64,000 bases of DNA from Clostridium sp. CAG:914 (GTDB lineage: Bacteria; Bacillota_I; Bacilli_A; RF39; UBA660): assembly GCA_000437895.1 (NCBI GenBank), contig FR902155.1, forward strand, positions 9,495 to 73,494, in the 5' to 3' direction. The notes beneath the pieces are model-generated. The model was not told where the DNA came from and ran no database searches. It saw only the letters and a list, made by a program, of their open reading frames with translations. The translations under genes and the position numbers were made by a program. Position 1 is the first letter of the stretch. Each line of letters opens with the position of its first letter. Shown here piece by piece: positions 9,206-19,236 of the stretch.

Positions 9206-11104
9206 ATGACTTATAATGAAAAATCAATAAAAATTCTAGAAGGATTAGAAGCCGTAAGAAAAAGACCTGGTATGTATATAGGTAGCACTGATAAAAGAGG
9301 TCTACATCATTTAGTATGGGAAATCGTTGATAACTGCGTAGATGAAGCCCTAAATGGATTTGGTGATAACATTAAAATAGTTATGCATACTGATGGCTCT
9401 GTAAGTGTTACTGATAAAGGAAGAGGACTTCCTACAGGTATGCATGAATCAGGAAAGTCAACTCCAGAAGTAATATATACCGTACTTCACGCTGGTGGAA
9501 AATTCTCTGAAGGAGGATACAAAGTATCTGGAGGTCTTCATGGTGTTGGTGCTTCTGTCGTAAATGCTTTAAGTAGCTATTTAGAAGTAACAACAAGAAG
9601 AGATAAAGAAGAATATTATATTAGATTTGAAAATGGAGGAAAAGTTGCTATTCCTCTAAAAAAAATAGGTCCTACTACAAAAACTGGTACAACAGTTAGA
9701 TTTAAACCAGACAAAGAAATATTTCCAGACACAGAATTTAACTATAGTGTAATATGTGAAAGAATGCAAGAATGTGCATTTCTTATTAACGGATTAACTA
9801 TTGAAGTAGTTAATGAGATAGATGGAAGAAGTGAAAAATATTGTTACGAAAATGGATTATTATCTTTCTGTGAATATTTAAATGAAGGAAAAACAACATT
9901 ACATGATGTACTATGTTTTAATCAAACAAAAGATAGAATTAATGTAACCGTTTCCATGCAATATACTGATACATATTCTGAAAATATTATCTCCTTTGTA
10001 AATAACGTTAAAACATCTGATGGAGGAACACATGAAGTTGGTTTTAAAACAGCTATAACAAAAGTAATGAACGATTATGTAAAAGAACATAATTTAGTAA
10101 AAGGAAAAGACAAAACCTTTGAAGGGTCTGACGTTAGAGAAGGATTAACTGCAATAATATCTGTACAAATTCCTGAAGATTTACTTCAATTTGAAGGACA
10201 GACTAAATCTAAGTTAGGTACTCCAATAGCAAGAAGTATAACAGAAAGTATTACTACAGAAAAATTACATTATTTCCTAGAAGAAAATAAAGCTATTGCT
10301 ACAAAAATTGTTTCAAAAGCATTGAAAGGAAAAGAAGCTAGGGAAGCTGCCAGAAAAGCAAGAGAAGAATCCAGAAAAGGAAAAGATAGTAAAAAAACAG
10401 AAAAATTATTAAGTGGTAAATTAACACCAGCACAAAGTAGAAATAAATTAGAAAGAGAACTATTCATCGTAGAAGGAGATTCAGCAGGTGGCTCTGCAAA
10501 GCAAGGAAGAGATAGAAAAACACAGGCAATCCTTCCACTTAGAGGTAAAGTTTTAAATACTGAAAAAGCCAAATTAGAAGATTTATTTAAAAACGAAGAA
10601 ATAAACACTTTGATACACACCATTGGTGCAGGTTATGGCAATGACTTTGATATCAATGATTGTAATTATGGAAAAGTAATAATTATGACCGATGCTGACG
10701 ACGATGGAGCACATATTCAATGTCTACTATTAACATTCTTTTATAGATACATGAAGCCATTAATAGAAAATGGACGATTGTTTATTGCTATGCCACCATT
10801 ATATCGAGTTGTAGCTAATGGCAAAGAAAAATATTTATGGACAAACGAAGAACTAAAAGAATACACTAATGGTAAAAGTAATTATAAAATAAATAGATAT
10901 AAAGGATTAGGAGAAATGAATGCTGACCAATTATGTGATACCACAATGGATCCAAATAAAAGAAATCTAATAAAAGTTAATATAACAGACGCAGCATTAG
11001 CAGAAAAACGTGTAAGCATATTAATGGGTGATGCTGTAGAACCAAGAAAAAATTGGATAGAAGAAAACGTTATATTCTCTCTAGAAGATGCTTATAAAAT
11101 TTAA
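9206..11104 (+). CDS. Type IIA topoisomerase ATPase subunit B (GyrB/ParE family; no gyrA/parC adjacent, possibly parE)
   Basis: GHKL ATPase and TOPRIM motifs (LEGLEAVRKRPGMYIGST, GLHHLVWEIVDN, EGDSAGGSAKQGRDR, PLRGKVLN, IMTDADDDGAHI). The ATG at 9206 has a GGAAGTG RBS. The ORF-track start at 9155 lies in the promoter. Confidence 0.85.
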   Translation: MTYNEKSIKILEGLEAVRKRPGMYIGSTDKRGLHHLVWEIVDNCVDEALNGFGDNIKIVMHTDGSVSVTDKGRGLPTGMHESGKSTPEVIYTVLHAGGKFSEGGYKVSGGLHGVGASVVNALSSYLEVTTRRDKEEYYIRFENGGKVAIPLKKIGPTTKTGTTVRFKPDKEIFPDTEFNYSVICERMQECAFLINGLTIEVVNEIDGRSEKYCYENGLLSFCEYLNEGKTTLHDVLCFNQTKDRINVTVSMQYTDTYSENIISFVNNVKTSDGGTHEVGFKTAITKVMNDYVKEHNLVKGKDKTFEGSDVREGLTAIISVQIPEDLLQFEGQTKSKLGTPIARSITESITTEKLHYFLEENKAIATKIVSKALKGKEAREAARKAREESRKGKDSKKTEKLLSGKLTPAQSRNKLERELFIVEGDSAGGSAKQGRDRKTQAILPLRGKVLNTEKAKLEDLFKNEEINTLIHTIGAGYGNDFDINDCNYGKVIIMTDADDDGAHIQCLLLTFFYRYMKPLIENGRLFIAMPPLYRVVANGKEKYLWTNEELKEYTNGKSNYKINRYKGLGEMNADQLCDTTMDPNKRNLIKVNITDAALAEKRVSILMGDAVEPRKNWIEENVIFSLEDAYKI

Positions 11105-11139
11105 GGATAAATACTATAGTATTTTTAAATATAAATATA

Positions 11140-11180
11140 AAAGAAATATTTACATCAGACATGTATATATTTCTTTTTAC
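11140..11180 (+). terminator. Intrinsic terminator after topoisomerase gene
   Basis: 10-bp stem AAAGAAATAT (11140-11149) / ATATTTCTTT (11167-11176), 17-nt loop, followed by TT. Confidence 0.5.
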
Positions 11181-11239
11181 TATAAATATATTGATTAAAT
11201 AATAAAAATAATATACTTTAAATATAGAAAGGAGTAAAA

Positions 11240-12001
11240 ATGAAAAAGAAATCAGCAAATATAATTATAATTATATGTATAGTTATTATTGTAGTACTAA
11301 GTATATGTTTAGTAATGTCAAAACAAGAATCAAAAAATGAAATAAAGGAAATAGATAAAAAAACAGCTCAAGAATATATAGATAAATTAATTAATACTAA
11401 AACATATAATATATTAGATAATTTAAAAGAAGAAGGATTAACAGATGAAATCAAATTATCTTTAGCTATAAATTCTACTGATAATTATGAAGAAATCTAT
11501 ACATGTAACGAAGCATTTACAATATCTTCTGATTATAATGGCTATAGACCAGTAGAAAATGAAGGATTTTCATGTGAAGATAACGAAATTAAAATAAGAA
11601 GTTATAAGTATAATGACGTCTTAACTAGTTATAGAAAATTATTTGGTTCTATTGGTAATCCTAAAAAAGGTTATACTTGGGGATATGACTACTCACAAAA
11701 GCAAAATGCTTATTTCAAATTATCTACGAACTTTGGACCTGTTCAAGATATAAATTATAAATATGACATAAATTCTAAAGAAATAAATGATGATAGATTA
11801 ACAATAGATATAACATATTTATCTTATTATAATAAAACTATAAATGATGAAGAAACATATACTACAGATTTGCTTAAAATAGATAGTTTTAGCAAAGAAA
11901 AAGTAGAAGAAATATTTAATAATAACAAAGATAAATTACCACACCTAACTTTTACTTACATCAACGAATCCGATACTTATTATCTAATAGATGTTAAATA
12001 G
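11240..12001 (+). CDS. Hypothetical membrane-anchored protein (N-terminal signal-anchor)
   Basis: AAAGGAG RBS, then an N-terminal hydrophobic segment IIIIICIVIIVVLSICLV followed by a hydrophilic domain of about 220 aa. Confidence 0.5.
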   Translation: MKKKSANIIIIICIVIIVVLSICLVMSKQESKNEIKEIDKKTAQEYIDKLINTKTYNILDNLKEEGLTDEIKLSLAINSTDNYEEIYTCNEAFTISSDYNGYRPVENEGFSCEDNEIKIRSYKYNDVLTSYRKLFGSIGNPKKGYTWGYDYSQKQNAYFKLSTNFGPVQDINYKYDINSKEINDDRLTIDITYLSYYNKTINDEETYTTDLLKIDSFSKEKVEEIFNNNKDKLPHLTFTYINESDTYYLIDVK

Positions 12002-12040
12002 AAAAATCCTAATAACATAACTCATTTTAGTCTAAAAGGG

Positions 12041-12069
12041 TTGACAAGATAACCTTTATTTACTATAAT
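12041..12069 (+). promoter_or_regulatory. Consensus sigma-A promoter for ileS leader
   Basis: -35 TTGACA (12041-12046), 17-nt spacer, -10 TATAAT (12064-12069). Confidence 0.7.
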
Positions 12070-12075
12070 TTAAAT

Positions 12076-12311
12076 AGTTTTTTAAAAACAAATGAAAGAG
12101 ACGATACTATAGAGAATTAATAGAGAGTGACTAGTTGGTGGAAAGTCATATGAATTTATAGTATAGATCACTCTGGATGTATCTGTTTGATATTTAGAAT
12201 AGATCGGGTAATACCGTTAAATATAAATTAAGTGCACTATAGTTAGTGAATTAAGGTGGTACCACGGTTATAATCGTCCTTATATATAATAAAATATATA
12301 AGGATTTTTTT
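12076..12311 (+). promoter_or_regulatory. T-box riboswitch leader (Ile specifier) controlling ileS
   Basis: AGAGA stem-I region, with AUC in GATCAC as the candidate specifier codon. The T-box core AAGGTGGTACCACGG lies at about 12253-12267. The terminator stem TCCTTATATAT (12277-12287) / ATATATAAGGA (12294-12304) is followed by T7 (12305-12311) and then a GGAGG RBS. Confidence 0.8.
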
Positions 12312-12325
12312 ATGGAGGAAAAAAT

Positions 12326-15300
12326 ATGTTTAAAGAATTAAGAAAAGAAGAAGTAGAAAAAAATGAAGAGTATTTTGCAAACTATTGGAAAGAACATGAT
12401 ATTTTAAATAAATCTATTCAAAATAGAAGTGACTATTGGGTGTTTTATGATGGACCAGCAACTGCAAATGGATTTCCTGGATTACATCACATGGTTGCTA
12501 AGTTCTTGAAAGACTCTTTTTGCAAATACAAAACAATGCAAGGTTATAAAGTACTAAGAAAAGTAGGATGGGATACCCATGGCTTACCAGTAGAACTTGA
12601 AGCTGAAAAATCATTAGGATTTACTAATAAGAATGATATTGAAAAATATGGAATTAAAGAATTTAATGAAAAGTGTCGTGAATTAGTTTGGAAAAACGAA
12701 AAAGCCTTTTCTGATTTAACTACCAAAATGGGTCAATTTATTGATCTAGAACATCCATATGTTACTTATGATAATAATTACATCGAAACAGAATGGTGGA
12801 TACTTAAAAAATTCTTTCAAGAAGGACTATTTTACAAAGGACACAAAATACTACCATATTGTCCTAGATGTGGTACTGGTCTTGCTAGCCACGAAGTAGC
12901 ACAAGGATATAAAGAAATTACCGTAGAAACAGTAATTGTTCCATTTAAAAGAAAAGATTCAGATGAATACTTTCTAGTTTGGACAACAACTCCTTGGACT
13001 TTAATTTCAAATGTTGCTTTGTGTGTTAATCCAAAAGAAAAATATGTAAGAGTAGAATCAAAAGGATATAAATTCATATTAGCTAAATCCCTATGCAAAA
13101 GTGTTCTAGGAGATGAATATACAATTATCGATGAATTTTTAGGTAAAGATCTAGAATATATTGAATATGAACAATTAATACCAGAATTAAAAGTAGATAA
13201 AAAAGCCTTTTATGTAACCTGTGATAACTATGTTACCATGTCTGATGGAACTGGTATTGTCCATATCGCTCCAGCATTTGGCCAAGATGATGCTAATGTT
13301 GGTAAAAAATACGACTTACCATTCCTAAATCCTGTTGCAGAAGACGCAACATATATAGAAGGACCATGGAAAGGAATGAAAGTTTTTGATGCTGACGTTG
13401 AAGTAATAAAATATTTAAAAACTAATGATAAATTATTTAAGAAGCAAAAAATGGTTCACAATTATCCTCACTGTTGGCGTTGTGATAGTCCATTATTATA
13501 TTATTCAAAACCAAGTTATTATCTTGAAATAACTAAAATAAAAGATAAAATAATTGAAGCCAACAAAAAAGTACAATGGTATCCAGAATTTGTTGGAGAA
13601 AAAAGATTTGCTAATTGGTTAGAAAACTTAAATGATTGGGCTATATCAAGAAATAGATATTGGGGAACACCACTTCCACTTTGGACTTGTTCTTGTGGAC
13701 ATAGCGAAATGATAGGAAGTAGACAAGAATTAAAAGATAAAGCTATAGAAAACATTGATTTAGATATTGATCTACATAGACCTTATGTGGATGATATCCA
13801 TATAAAATGTCCAAAATGTGGAAAAACAATGACAAGAGTAAAAGATGTAATAGATTGCTGGTTTGATTCAGGATCCATGCCATTCAGTCAATATCACTAT
13901 CCATTTGAAAACAAAGAATTATTTGAAACACAATTTCCAGCTGACTTTATATCAGAAGGAATTGATCAAACAAGAGGATGGTTTTATACATTACTTGTAA
14001 TATCTACATTTGTTATGGGAACATCACCTTATAAAAGAGTATTAGTTAACGACTTATTACTAGATAAAAATGGTAAAAAAATGAGTAAATCTAAAGGAAA
14101 TATTGTAGAACCATTTAGTACTATGAAAAAATATGGTGCTGATACAGTAAGATTTTATTTACCATATGTAAGTCCCGTATGGACTCCACTAAAATTTGAT
14201 GAAGAAGGATTAAAAGAAGTTCACTCCAAATTTATGAATCCACTTAAAAATTCTTATACTTTCTTTCAAATGTATGCAAATATTGATAATATTGATCCAA
14301 GAACTTTTAACGTCGACTATAATGACTTAGAAGAGATTGATAAATGGATGTTAAGCAAATATAATAAACTTGTTAAAAATGTAACAGCTGGATATGAAGA
14401 ATTTGATTTAAATAAAGTAGTTAGATTAGTTACAGACTTTACTTCTGAAGACTTGTCTAATTGGTATATAAGAAGAAATAGAAAAAGATTTTGGTCTAGT
14501 GATTTAGATAATTCCAAAAAAGGTGTATATCAAACAACATATCAAGTACTTGTTGGTTTATCACAACTAGTAGCCCCAATAATTCCATTTATTTCTGAAG
14601 AAATATATCAAAATTTAACTGATGAAGAATCAGTTCATCTAAGTGATTTTCCTAAATATGAAGAAGATAAAATAGATGATTATTTAGAAGTCAAAATGGA
14701 CTTAGTAAGAGATTTAATTAGTCTTGGTAGAAATGTTAGAGAAGTATCAAAAATAAAAGTAAGACAACCTATATCAGACGTTATACTAGATGGTAAAAAT
14801 AAAGAACTATTAAATGATGTTATAGATCTTATTAAAGAAGAACTTAATGTTAAAAACATTATATTTACTAATGATTTATCTAACTATATGAATTTTACAA
14901 TTAAACCTAACTTTAAAAATGCCGGTAGTGTCATCGGATCAAAAATGAAAGATTTTGTTAATTTCTTAGCTAACTTATCTAGTGAAGATATTACCAAACT
15001 TAAAAATAATGAAGAAATGTATTTTGAAGATATACTTATAACTAATGATTTAATTGATATAAAAATTAATGCTAAAGAAGGCTTTGATGTTGCTATGGAA
15101 AATAATAATTTTATTATATTAAATACAACGTTAACAGACGATTTAATCAATGAAGGTCTAGCACGTGAAACAATATCTAAAATACAACAAATAAGAAAGA
15201 GTAATAATTTTGACATTGTAGATAGAATAAAAGTATATTATGAAGCTAATGATGAATATACTAATAGAATTAATGACTTTCTAGATATGATTAAAGATGA

Positions 15301-15394
15301 AACTTTAGCTATTGAATTTAATAAAGAAAATAATTTAAAAGATGAATATGATATTAATGATTATAAAGTAAAATTTAAACTTGAAAGGTTATAA
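12326..15394 (+). CDS. ileS: Isoleucine--tRNA ligase (long, 1022 aa form)
   Basis: Class I aaRS with a HIGH-region (PGLHHMVAKF), KMSKS, editing domain and the zinc-binding CPRCG/CPKCG motifs. Confidence 0.95.
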   Translation: MFKELRKEEVEKNEEYFANYWKEHDILNKSIQNRSDYWVFYDGPATANGFPGLHHMVAKFLKDSFCKYKTMQGYKVLRKVGWDTHGLPVELEAEKSLGFTNKNDIEKYGIKEFNEKCRELVWKNEKAFSDLTTKMGQFIDLEHPYVTYDNNYIETEWWILKKFFQEGLFYKGHKILPYCPRCGTGLASHEVAQGYKEITVETVIVPFKRKDSDEYFLVWTTTPWTLISNVALCVNPKEKYVRVESKGYKFILAKSLCKSVLGDEYTIIDEFLGKDLEYIEYEQLIPELKVDKKAFYVTCDNYVTMSDGTGIVHIAPAFGQDDANVGKKYDLPFLNPVAEDATYIEGPWKGMKVFDADVEVIKYLKTNDKLFKKQKMVHNYPHCWRCDSPLLYYSKPSYYLEITKIKDKIIEANKKVQWYPEFVGEKRFANWLENLNDWAISRNRYWGTPLPLWTCSCGHSEMIGSRQELKDKAIENIDLDIDLHRPYVDDIHIKCPKCGKTMTRVKDVIDCWFDSGSMPFSQYHYPFENKELFETQFPADFISEGIDQTRGWFYTLLVISTFVMGTSPYKRVLVNDLLLDKNGKKMSKSKGNIVEPFSTMKKYGADTVRFYLPYVSPVWTPLKFDEEGLKEVHSKFMNPLKNSYTFFQMYANIDNIDPRTFNVDYNDLEEIDKWMLSKYNKLVKNVTAGYEEFDLNKVVRLVTDFTSEDLSNWYIRRNRKRFWSSDLDNSKKGVYQTTYQVLVGLSQLVAPIIPFISEEIYQNLTDEESVHLSDFPKYEEDKIDDYLEVKMDLVRDLISLGRNVREVSKIKVRQPISDVILDGKNKELLNDVIDLIKEELNVKNIIFTNDLSNYMNFTIKPNFKNAGSVIGSKMKDFVNFLANLSSEDITKLKNNEEMYFEDILITNDLIDIKINAKEGFDVAMENNNFIILNTTLTDDLINEGLARETISKIQQIRKSNNFDIVDRIKVYYEANDEYTNRINDFLDMIKDETLAIEFNKENNLKDEYDINDYKVKFKLERL

Positions 15395-15503
15395 AAATTA
15401 ACAAATACATTATTATATTGCTTTTAATAAGTAGTGTAGAATAAGTGTGGAGATTTTTAACCTAAAAAATAAGATTTATAATTTAAACTAATTTTAAGAT
15501 AGA

Positions 15504-15535
15504 AGGAGTAGATAGTCAATATCTATTCCTTTTTA
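15504..15535 (+). terminator. Intrinsic terminator downstream of ileS
   Basis: 11-bp stem AGGAGTAGATA (15504-15514) / TATCTATTCCT (15520-15530) with one G-U pair, loop GTCAA, then TTTTT. Confidence 0.55.
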
Positions 15536-15774
15536 AATTACATAAATTTCTTGTCTAATAGAAGTTAATTCTTTTAGTTTATTATTTTCAGATGGAGAGT
15601 CAAATATAGGGATAGAAATATTAACTTTATATTCTAATGAATGATTAGATGTTAATTTTTGCTCATATTTTATATTACATAATTTTTTTATTTTAATATT
15701 TATTTCTTCATAATTGTTATTTCCATATTTTAAATTATAATAATCTTCTATTGTTATATAATTTTTTTAAACAT
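15533..15774 (-). pseudogene. Frameshift-interrupted ORF of about 80 codons (no known domain)
   Basis: ATG at 15774-15772 gives MFKKII then a stop. A +1 shift at the T7/A7 homopolymer (15762-15768) would open 76 further stop-free codons down to the TAA at 15535-15533. There is no Shine-Dalgarno. Confidence 0.3.
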
Positions 15775-15813
15775 TTGTAATACAGGAAACGCTATCCTAT
15801 TAATAAGGTACTA

Positions 15814-15842
15814 TTGACAAAAGCGAACAATTATGCTATAGT
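15814..15842 (+). promoter_or_regulatory. Sigma-A promoter for L,D-transpeptidase gene
   Basis: -35 TTGACA (15814-15819), 17-nt spacer, TGc-extended -10 TATAGT (15837-15842). AGGAGA RBS precedes the ATG at 15866. Confidence 0.65.
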
Positions 15843-15865
15843 ATTAATTCGAAAAGGAGAAAAAG

Positions 15866-16828
15866 ATGAAAAATAAAATAAGTAAAATATTTTTAGCATT
15901 TCTTGTAACAATATCATTTATAATGCCTGTAAACGCTACAATAATAGATGAAAAAGTAGAAAAAGAAACAGAAGAAAAAGGAAGCAATAGTCCATCGCCT
16001 TCACCATATTCTAGATATGTTAAATATATATCTGGACAAGTAGCAGATGGTACTGATGGTGCTAGATTAATGCAAAAAGCATTAAATGCTACGATGAATT
16101 GTGAACTAGATGTTACTGGTAGACTTGATTCGAAAACAAGAGCATGTATTAGAAATTTCCAAAAAAAATATGGAATTATTGATCCAACTCTTGTCGGAGA
16201 AAAAACTATTGGTAATTTAAACTATGTTTATAAATTTAAAAAAGTAATCGTAGATTGTAGTAGTTTAAATATAAGACAATATCCTAATACTAGTTCTAGT
16301 ATATTAGCTAAAGCAAAGAAAGGAACTATTCTTACATATATTAGTGAAACAACTGTAAATGGTGCCAAATGGTACAAAATAACATATAATAATGTTATTG
16401 GTTATGTTCATTCTAATTATGTTGCTGATGATTTTATTGAAGTAGATATAACTTCTCAAGTACTAAGATTATATAAAGATAAAAATTTATTCTTAGATTC
16501 ATTAATAGTAACTGGAAAATATGGAACACATGACACCAATAAAGGTTATTATAAAATTTTCTATACTCAAAGAGATAGATTATTAAATGGAGAAACATTT
16601 GTTAATTACTGGATGAGATTTATCAGCAGTCCTGCTATCGGATTACATGATTCATCTTGGAGAGGAACTAGAGAAACCTTCCAAAAATATGGTGGTATAA
16701 AATATAAAGGTCCTGGTGCTGCTGGTTCATCAAGTTCAGGAAGTCACGGTTGTGTAAATATACCATTAGAAAAAATGGAAATTATTTGGAACAATGCTGG
16801 TATGAATACTATTGTATATGTACATTAA
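15866..16828 (+). CDS. Secreted L,D-transpeptidase with peptidoglycan-binding and SH3b domains (YkuD family)
   Basis: Signal peptide, then a PG_binding_1-like segment (LMQKALNATMNCELDVTGRLDSKTRACIRNFQKKYG), an SH3b-like segment and a YkuD catalytic core with SHGCVN. Confidence 0.85.
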   Translation: MKNKISKIFLAFLVTISFIMPVNATIIDEKVEKETEEKGSNSPSPSPYSRYVKYISGQVADGTDGARLMQKALNATMNCELDVTGRLDSKTRACIRNFQKKYGIIDPTLVGEKTIGNLNYVYKFKKVIVDCSSLNIRQYPNTSSSILAKAKKGTILTYISETTVNGAKWYKITYNNVIGYVHSNYVADDFIEVDITSQVLRLYKDKNLFLDSLIVTGKYGTHDTNKGYYKIFYTQRDRLLNGETFVNYWMRFISSPAIGLHDSSWRGTRETFQKYGGIKYKGPGAAGSSSSGSHGCVNIPLEKMEIIWNNAGMNTIVYVH

Positions 16829-16852
16829 GACTAATTATTTAGTCTTTTTTTA
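16827..16852 (+). terminator. Intrinsic terminator after L,D-transpeptidase gene
   Basis: Stem AGACTA / TAGTCT (16828-16845) followed by T6 (16846-16851). It overlaps the stop codon. Confidence 0.55.
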
Positions 16853-16939
16853 TTAAGAAAAAGCTATAACTGTAAACATATAGTTATAATATTTGACCTT
16901 TATTCCTAGTTATGATAAACTTAAAATGAAGGTGGTAAA

Positions 16940-18094
16940 ATGAAATTGAAAATAGGTGTAATTTTTGGAGGAAATAGTTTAGAACATGAAATATCCATAT
17001 TAACAGCAATACAAGCCATGGATAATTTAGACGAAGAAAAATACGAAATTATTCCAATATATATAGCAAAAGATTACACATGGTATGCTGGAGGACTATT
17101 AAGACATATAGATAGCTTTAATAATTTTAACTTAATAGAAAAGTATGCCAAAAAAGTAAATCTAATAAATAAAAAGGGAAGATTTGTACTACAAACAACA
17201 GGTATAATAAAAAAAGAATATAATGAAATACACTTAGTTATACCAATGGTACATGGTGCAGGAATGGAAGATGGAACTATCCAAGGATATTTACAAACAT
17301 TAGGTATACCTTATGTATCAAATAATATATATTCCTCTGTAATATGTCAAGATAAAATATTTACTAAAGAAATATTAGACTATAATGAAATACCAGTAAT
17401 TAAATATGTATGGTGTTTTGACAATGATTACTATAAAGATAAAAAAGCTATTTTTAATAAAATAGATAAATTAAAATACCCATTAATAATTAAACCAGCT
17501 ACATTAGGTTCTAGTATAGGTATTCAAGTCGTTAATAATCTAGAAGAATTAGATACAATAATCACAGAAGTTTTTAAATATGATAGAAAAATATTAATTG
17601 AAGAAAAAATAGAAGATTTAAAAGAATTAAATATATCTGTCTTAAAAACAAATGATAAAATATTTACTTCTTCAATAGAACAAATAGAAACTAATCTAAC
17701 ATACAGAGAATATAATGATAAATATAAATTAGATAATTATATAAATGGTAATATAATTAGAACTAATCCTGCTAACATAAGTGAAAAATTAGAAAACGAA
17801 ATAATAGATCTAGCTAAAAAAGCAACTAATTTACTTAATAATACCGGTCTATGTACCATAGATTTTCTATATGACAATAATAACAAAAAACTATATATAG
17901 ATGAGATTAATAATATACCAACTTGTTATTCACATCACTTGTGGGAAACTGCCAACATATCATATCGAGAATTGTTAACTATATTAATAAATGATACTTT
18001 AAAAAATATAAATAAAGATACACATATTATTAAGACCATGGATATGGATATACTTAAAGGATTAAAAACAAAAGACATAAAGGAAATGAAATAA
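16940..18094 (+). CDS. ddl: D-alanine--D-alanine ligase (ATP-grasp)
   Basis: N-terminal IGVIFGGNSLEHEISILTA and an ATP-grasp C-terminal region. GAAGGTGG RBS. A possible TTGACC ... 17 nt ... TAAACT promoter lies at about 16893-16921. Confidence 0.8.
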   Translation: MKLKIGVIFGGNSLEHEISILTAIQAMDNLDEEKYEIIPIYIAKDYTWYAGGLLRHIDSFNNFNLIEKYAKKVNLINKKGRFVLQTTGIIKKEYNEIHLVIPMVHGAGMEDGTIQGYLQTLGIPYVSNNIYSSVICQDKIFTKEILDYNEIPVIKYVWCFDNDYYKDKKAIFNKIDKLKYPLIIKPATLGSSIGIQVVNNLEELDTIITEVFKYDRKILIEEKIEDLKELNISVLKTNDKIFTSSIEQIETNLTYREYNDKYKLDNYINGNIIRTNPANISEKLENEIIDLAKKATNLLNNTGLCTIDFLYDNNNKKLYIDEINNIPTCYSHHLWETANISYRELLTILINDTLKNINKDTHIIKTMDMDILKGLKTKDIKEMK

Positions 18095-18642
18095 TGTATG
18101 CATATTTAAATGGAATAATAAAAGATATAGAAAGTAATTATATAGTTCTTGATATAAATGGAATAGGGTATTTAATATATGTAGCTAATCCATATTATTA
18201 TCAAATAGAAAATTCTTACAAAGTATATACTTATACGCATATTAGAGAAGATGAATTCTCTTTATATGGATTTAAAAGTAAAGAAGAACTAGATCTATTC
18301 TTAAAGTTAATTTCTGTAAAAGGATTAGGTCCTAAAATGGCGTTACCTATATTAGCAACAGGTTCTATAGAAGGAATCATGGATGCAATAGATAGAGAAA
18401 ACATATTATATTTAAAAAAGTTCCCTAAAATAGGAGACAAAGTAGCAAGACAAATAATTTTAGATTTAAAAGGAAAATTAGCTAAAACAGTTACAAACAA
18501 CAATGTAAATGAAGAATTAACAGAAGCACTACTTGCCTTAGGATATAAAAATAATGATATCAAGAAAGTTGTAGCAAGTATTGATAGTAATTTAACAATA
18601 GAAAATCAAATAAAAGAAGCATTAAAATTGCTTCTTAAGTAA
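18094..18642 (+). CDS. ruvA: Holliday junction branch migration complex subunit RuvA
   Basis: MYAYLNGIIKDIE..., an HhH segment LISVKGLGPKMAL and a C-terminal RuvB-interaction domain. Its ATG overlaps the ddl stop. Confidence 0.9.
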   Translation: MYAYLNGIIKDIESNYIVLDINGIGYLIYVANPYYYQIENSYKVYTYTHIREDEFSLYGFKSKEELDLFLKLISVKGLGPKMALPILATGSIEGIMDAIDRENILYLKKFPKIGDKVARQIILDLKGKLAKTVTNNNVNEELTEALLALGYKNNDIKKVVASIDSNLTIENQIKEALKLLLK

Positions 18643-18651
18643 GGAGGTTTT

Positions 18652-19236
18652 ATGAGAATAGGTATTGACATGGATGATACTATTACAGATACATGGAATT
18701 ATATGTTAGAAGATGTTTCAAAAGAATTTAATATAGAATTATCCATGTTAAAAGAGAAAAAAAATGCTTATGCCAAATTACTTACAGATGACTTTGGCAT
18801 ATCTTTAGATGAATATTGTCAAAAAATGCGACCAGTATATCAAAGACATGTATTAAATTTGCCATTGCAAAAAGAAGCTGATAAATATATTAATAAATTA
18901 CATGATGAAGGTAATGAAATATATTTCATAACAGCAAGAGAAACATTATTTTATAATGATCCATATGGTTTATCGAAAGAATACCTTACTAAGAATAATA
19001 TATATTTTGATAAACTAATTACAGATGCCAAAAATAAAGAAAAAATATGTGAAGAATATAATGTTGATATCTTAATTGATGATAGATATACCACAATTGA
19101 AAAAGTTATTAATAATGGTAAAAAAGCTATAATTTTTGATACTAATTGGAACAGAGATTATAATAAAAGCCCAAGAGCACATAATTGGCAAGAAGTATAT
19201 AACTATATTAAAAGTTTGGAGGATAATAATGAATAA
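18652..19236 (+). CDS. HAD-superfamily hydrolase, 5'(3')-deoxyribonucleotidase-like
   Basis: HAD motif I in [11 protein letters not shown]. 194 aa, GGAGG RBS. Located between ruvA and ruvB and overlapping the ruvB start by 8 nt. Confidence 0.5.
   Translation: MRIGIDMDDTITDTWNYMLEDVSKEFNIELSMLKEKKNAYAKLLTDDFGISLDEYCQKMRPVYQRHVLNLPLQKEADKYINKLHDEGNEIYFITARETLFYNDPYGLSKEYLTKNNIYFDKLITDAKNKEKICEEYNVDILIDDRYTTIEKVINNGKKAIIFDTNWNRDYNKSPRAHNWQEVYNYIKSLEDNNE

Noticed and set aside
9206-11104. Calling the topoisomerase subunit specifically gyrB, or assigning parE with confidence
   Set aside because: The N-terminal motifs are compatible with both GyrB and ParE. The absence of an adjacent gyrA/parC or dnaA context and the lack of a search tool prevent a confident choice, so it is reported at family level.
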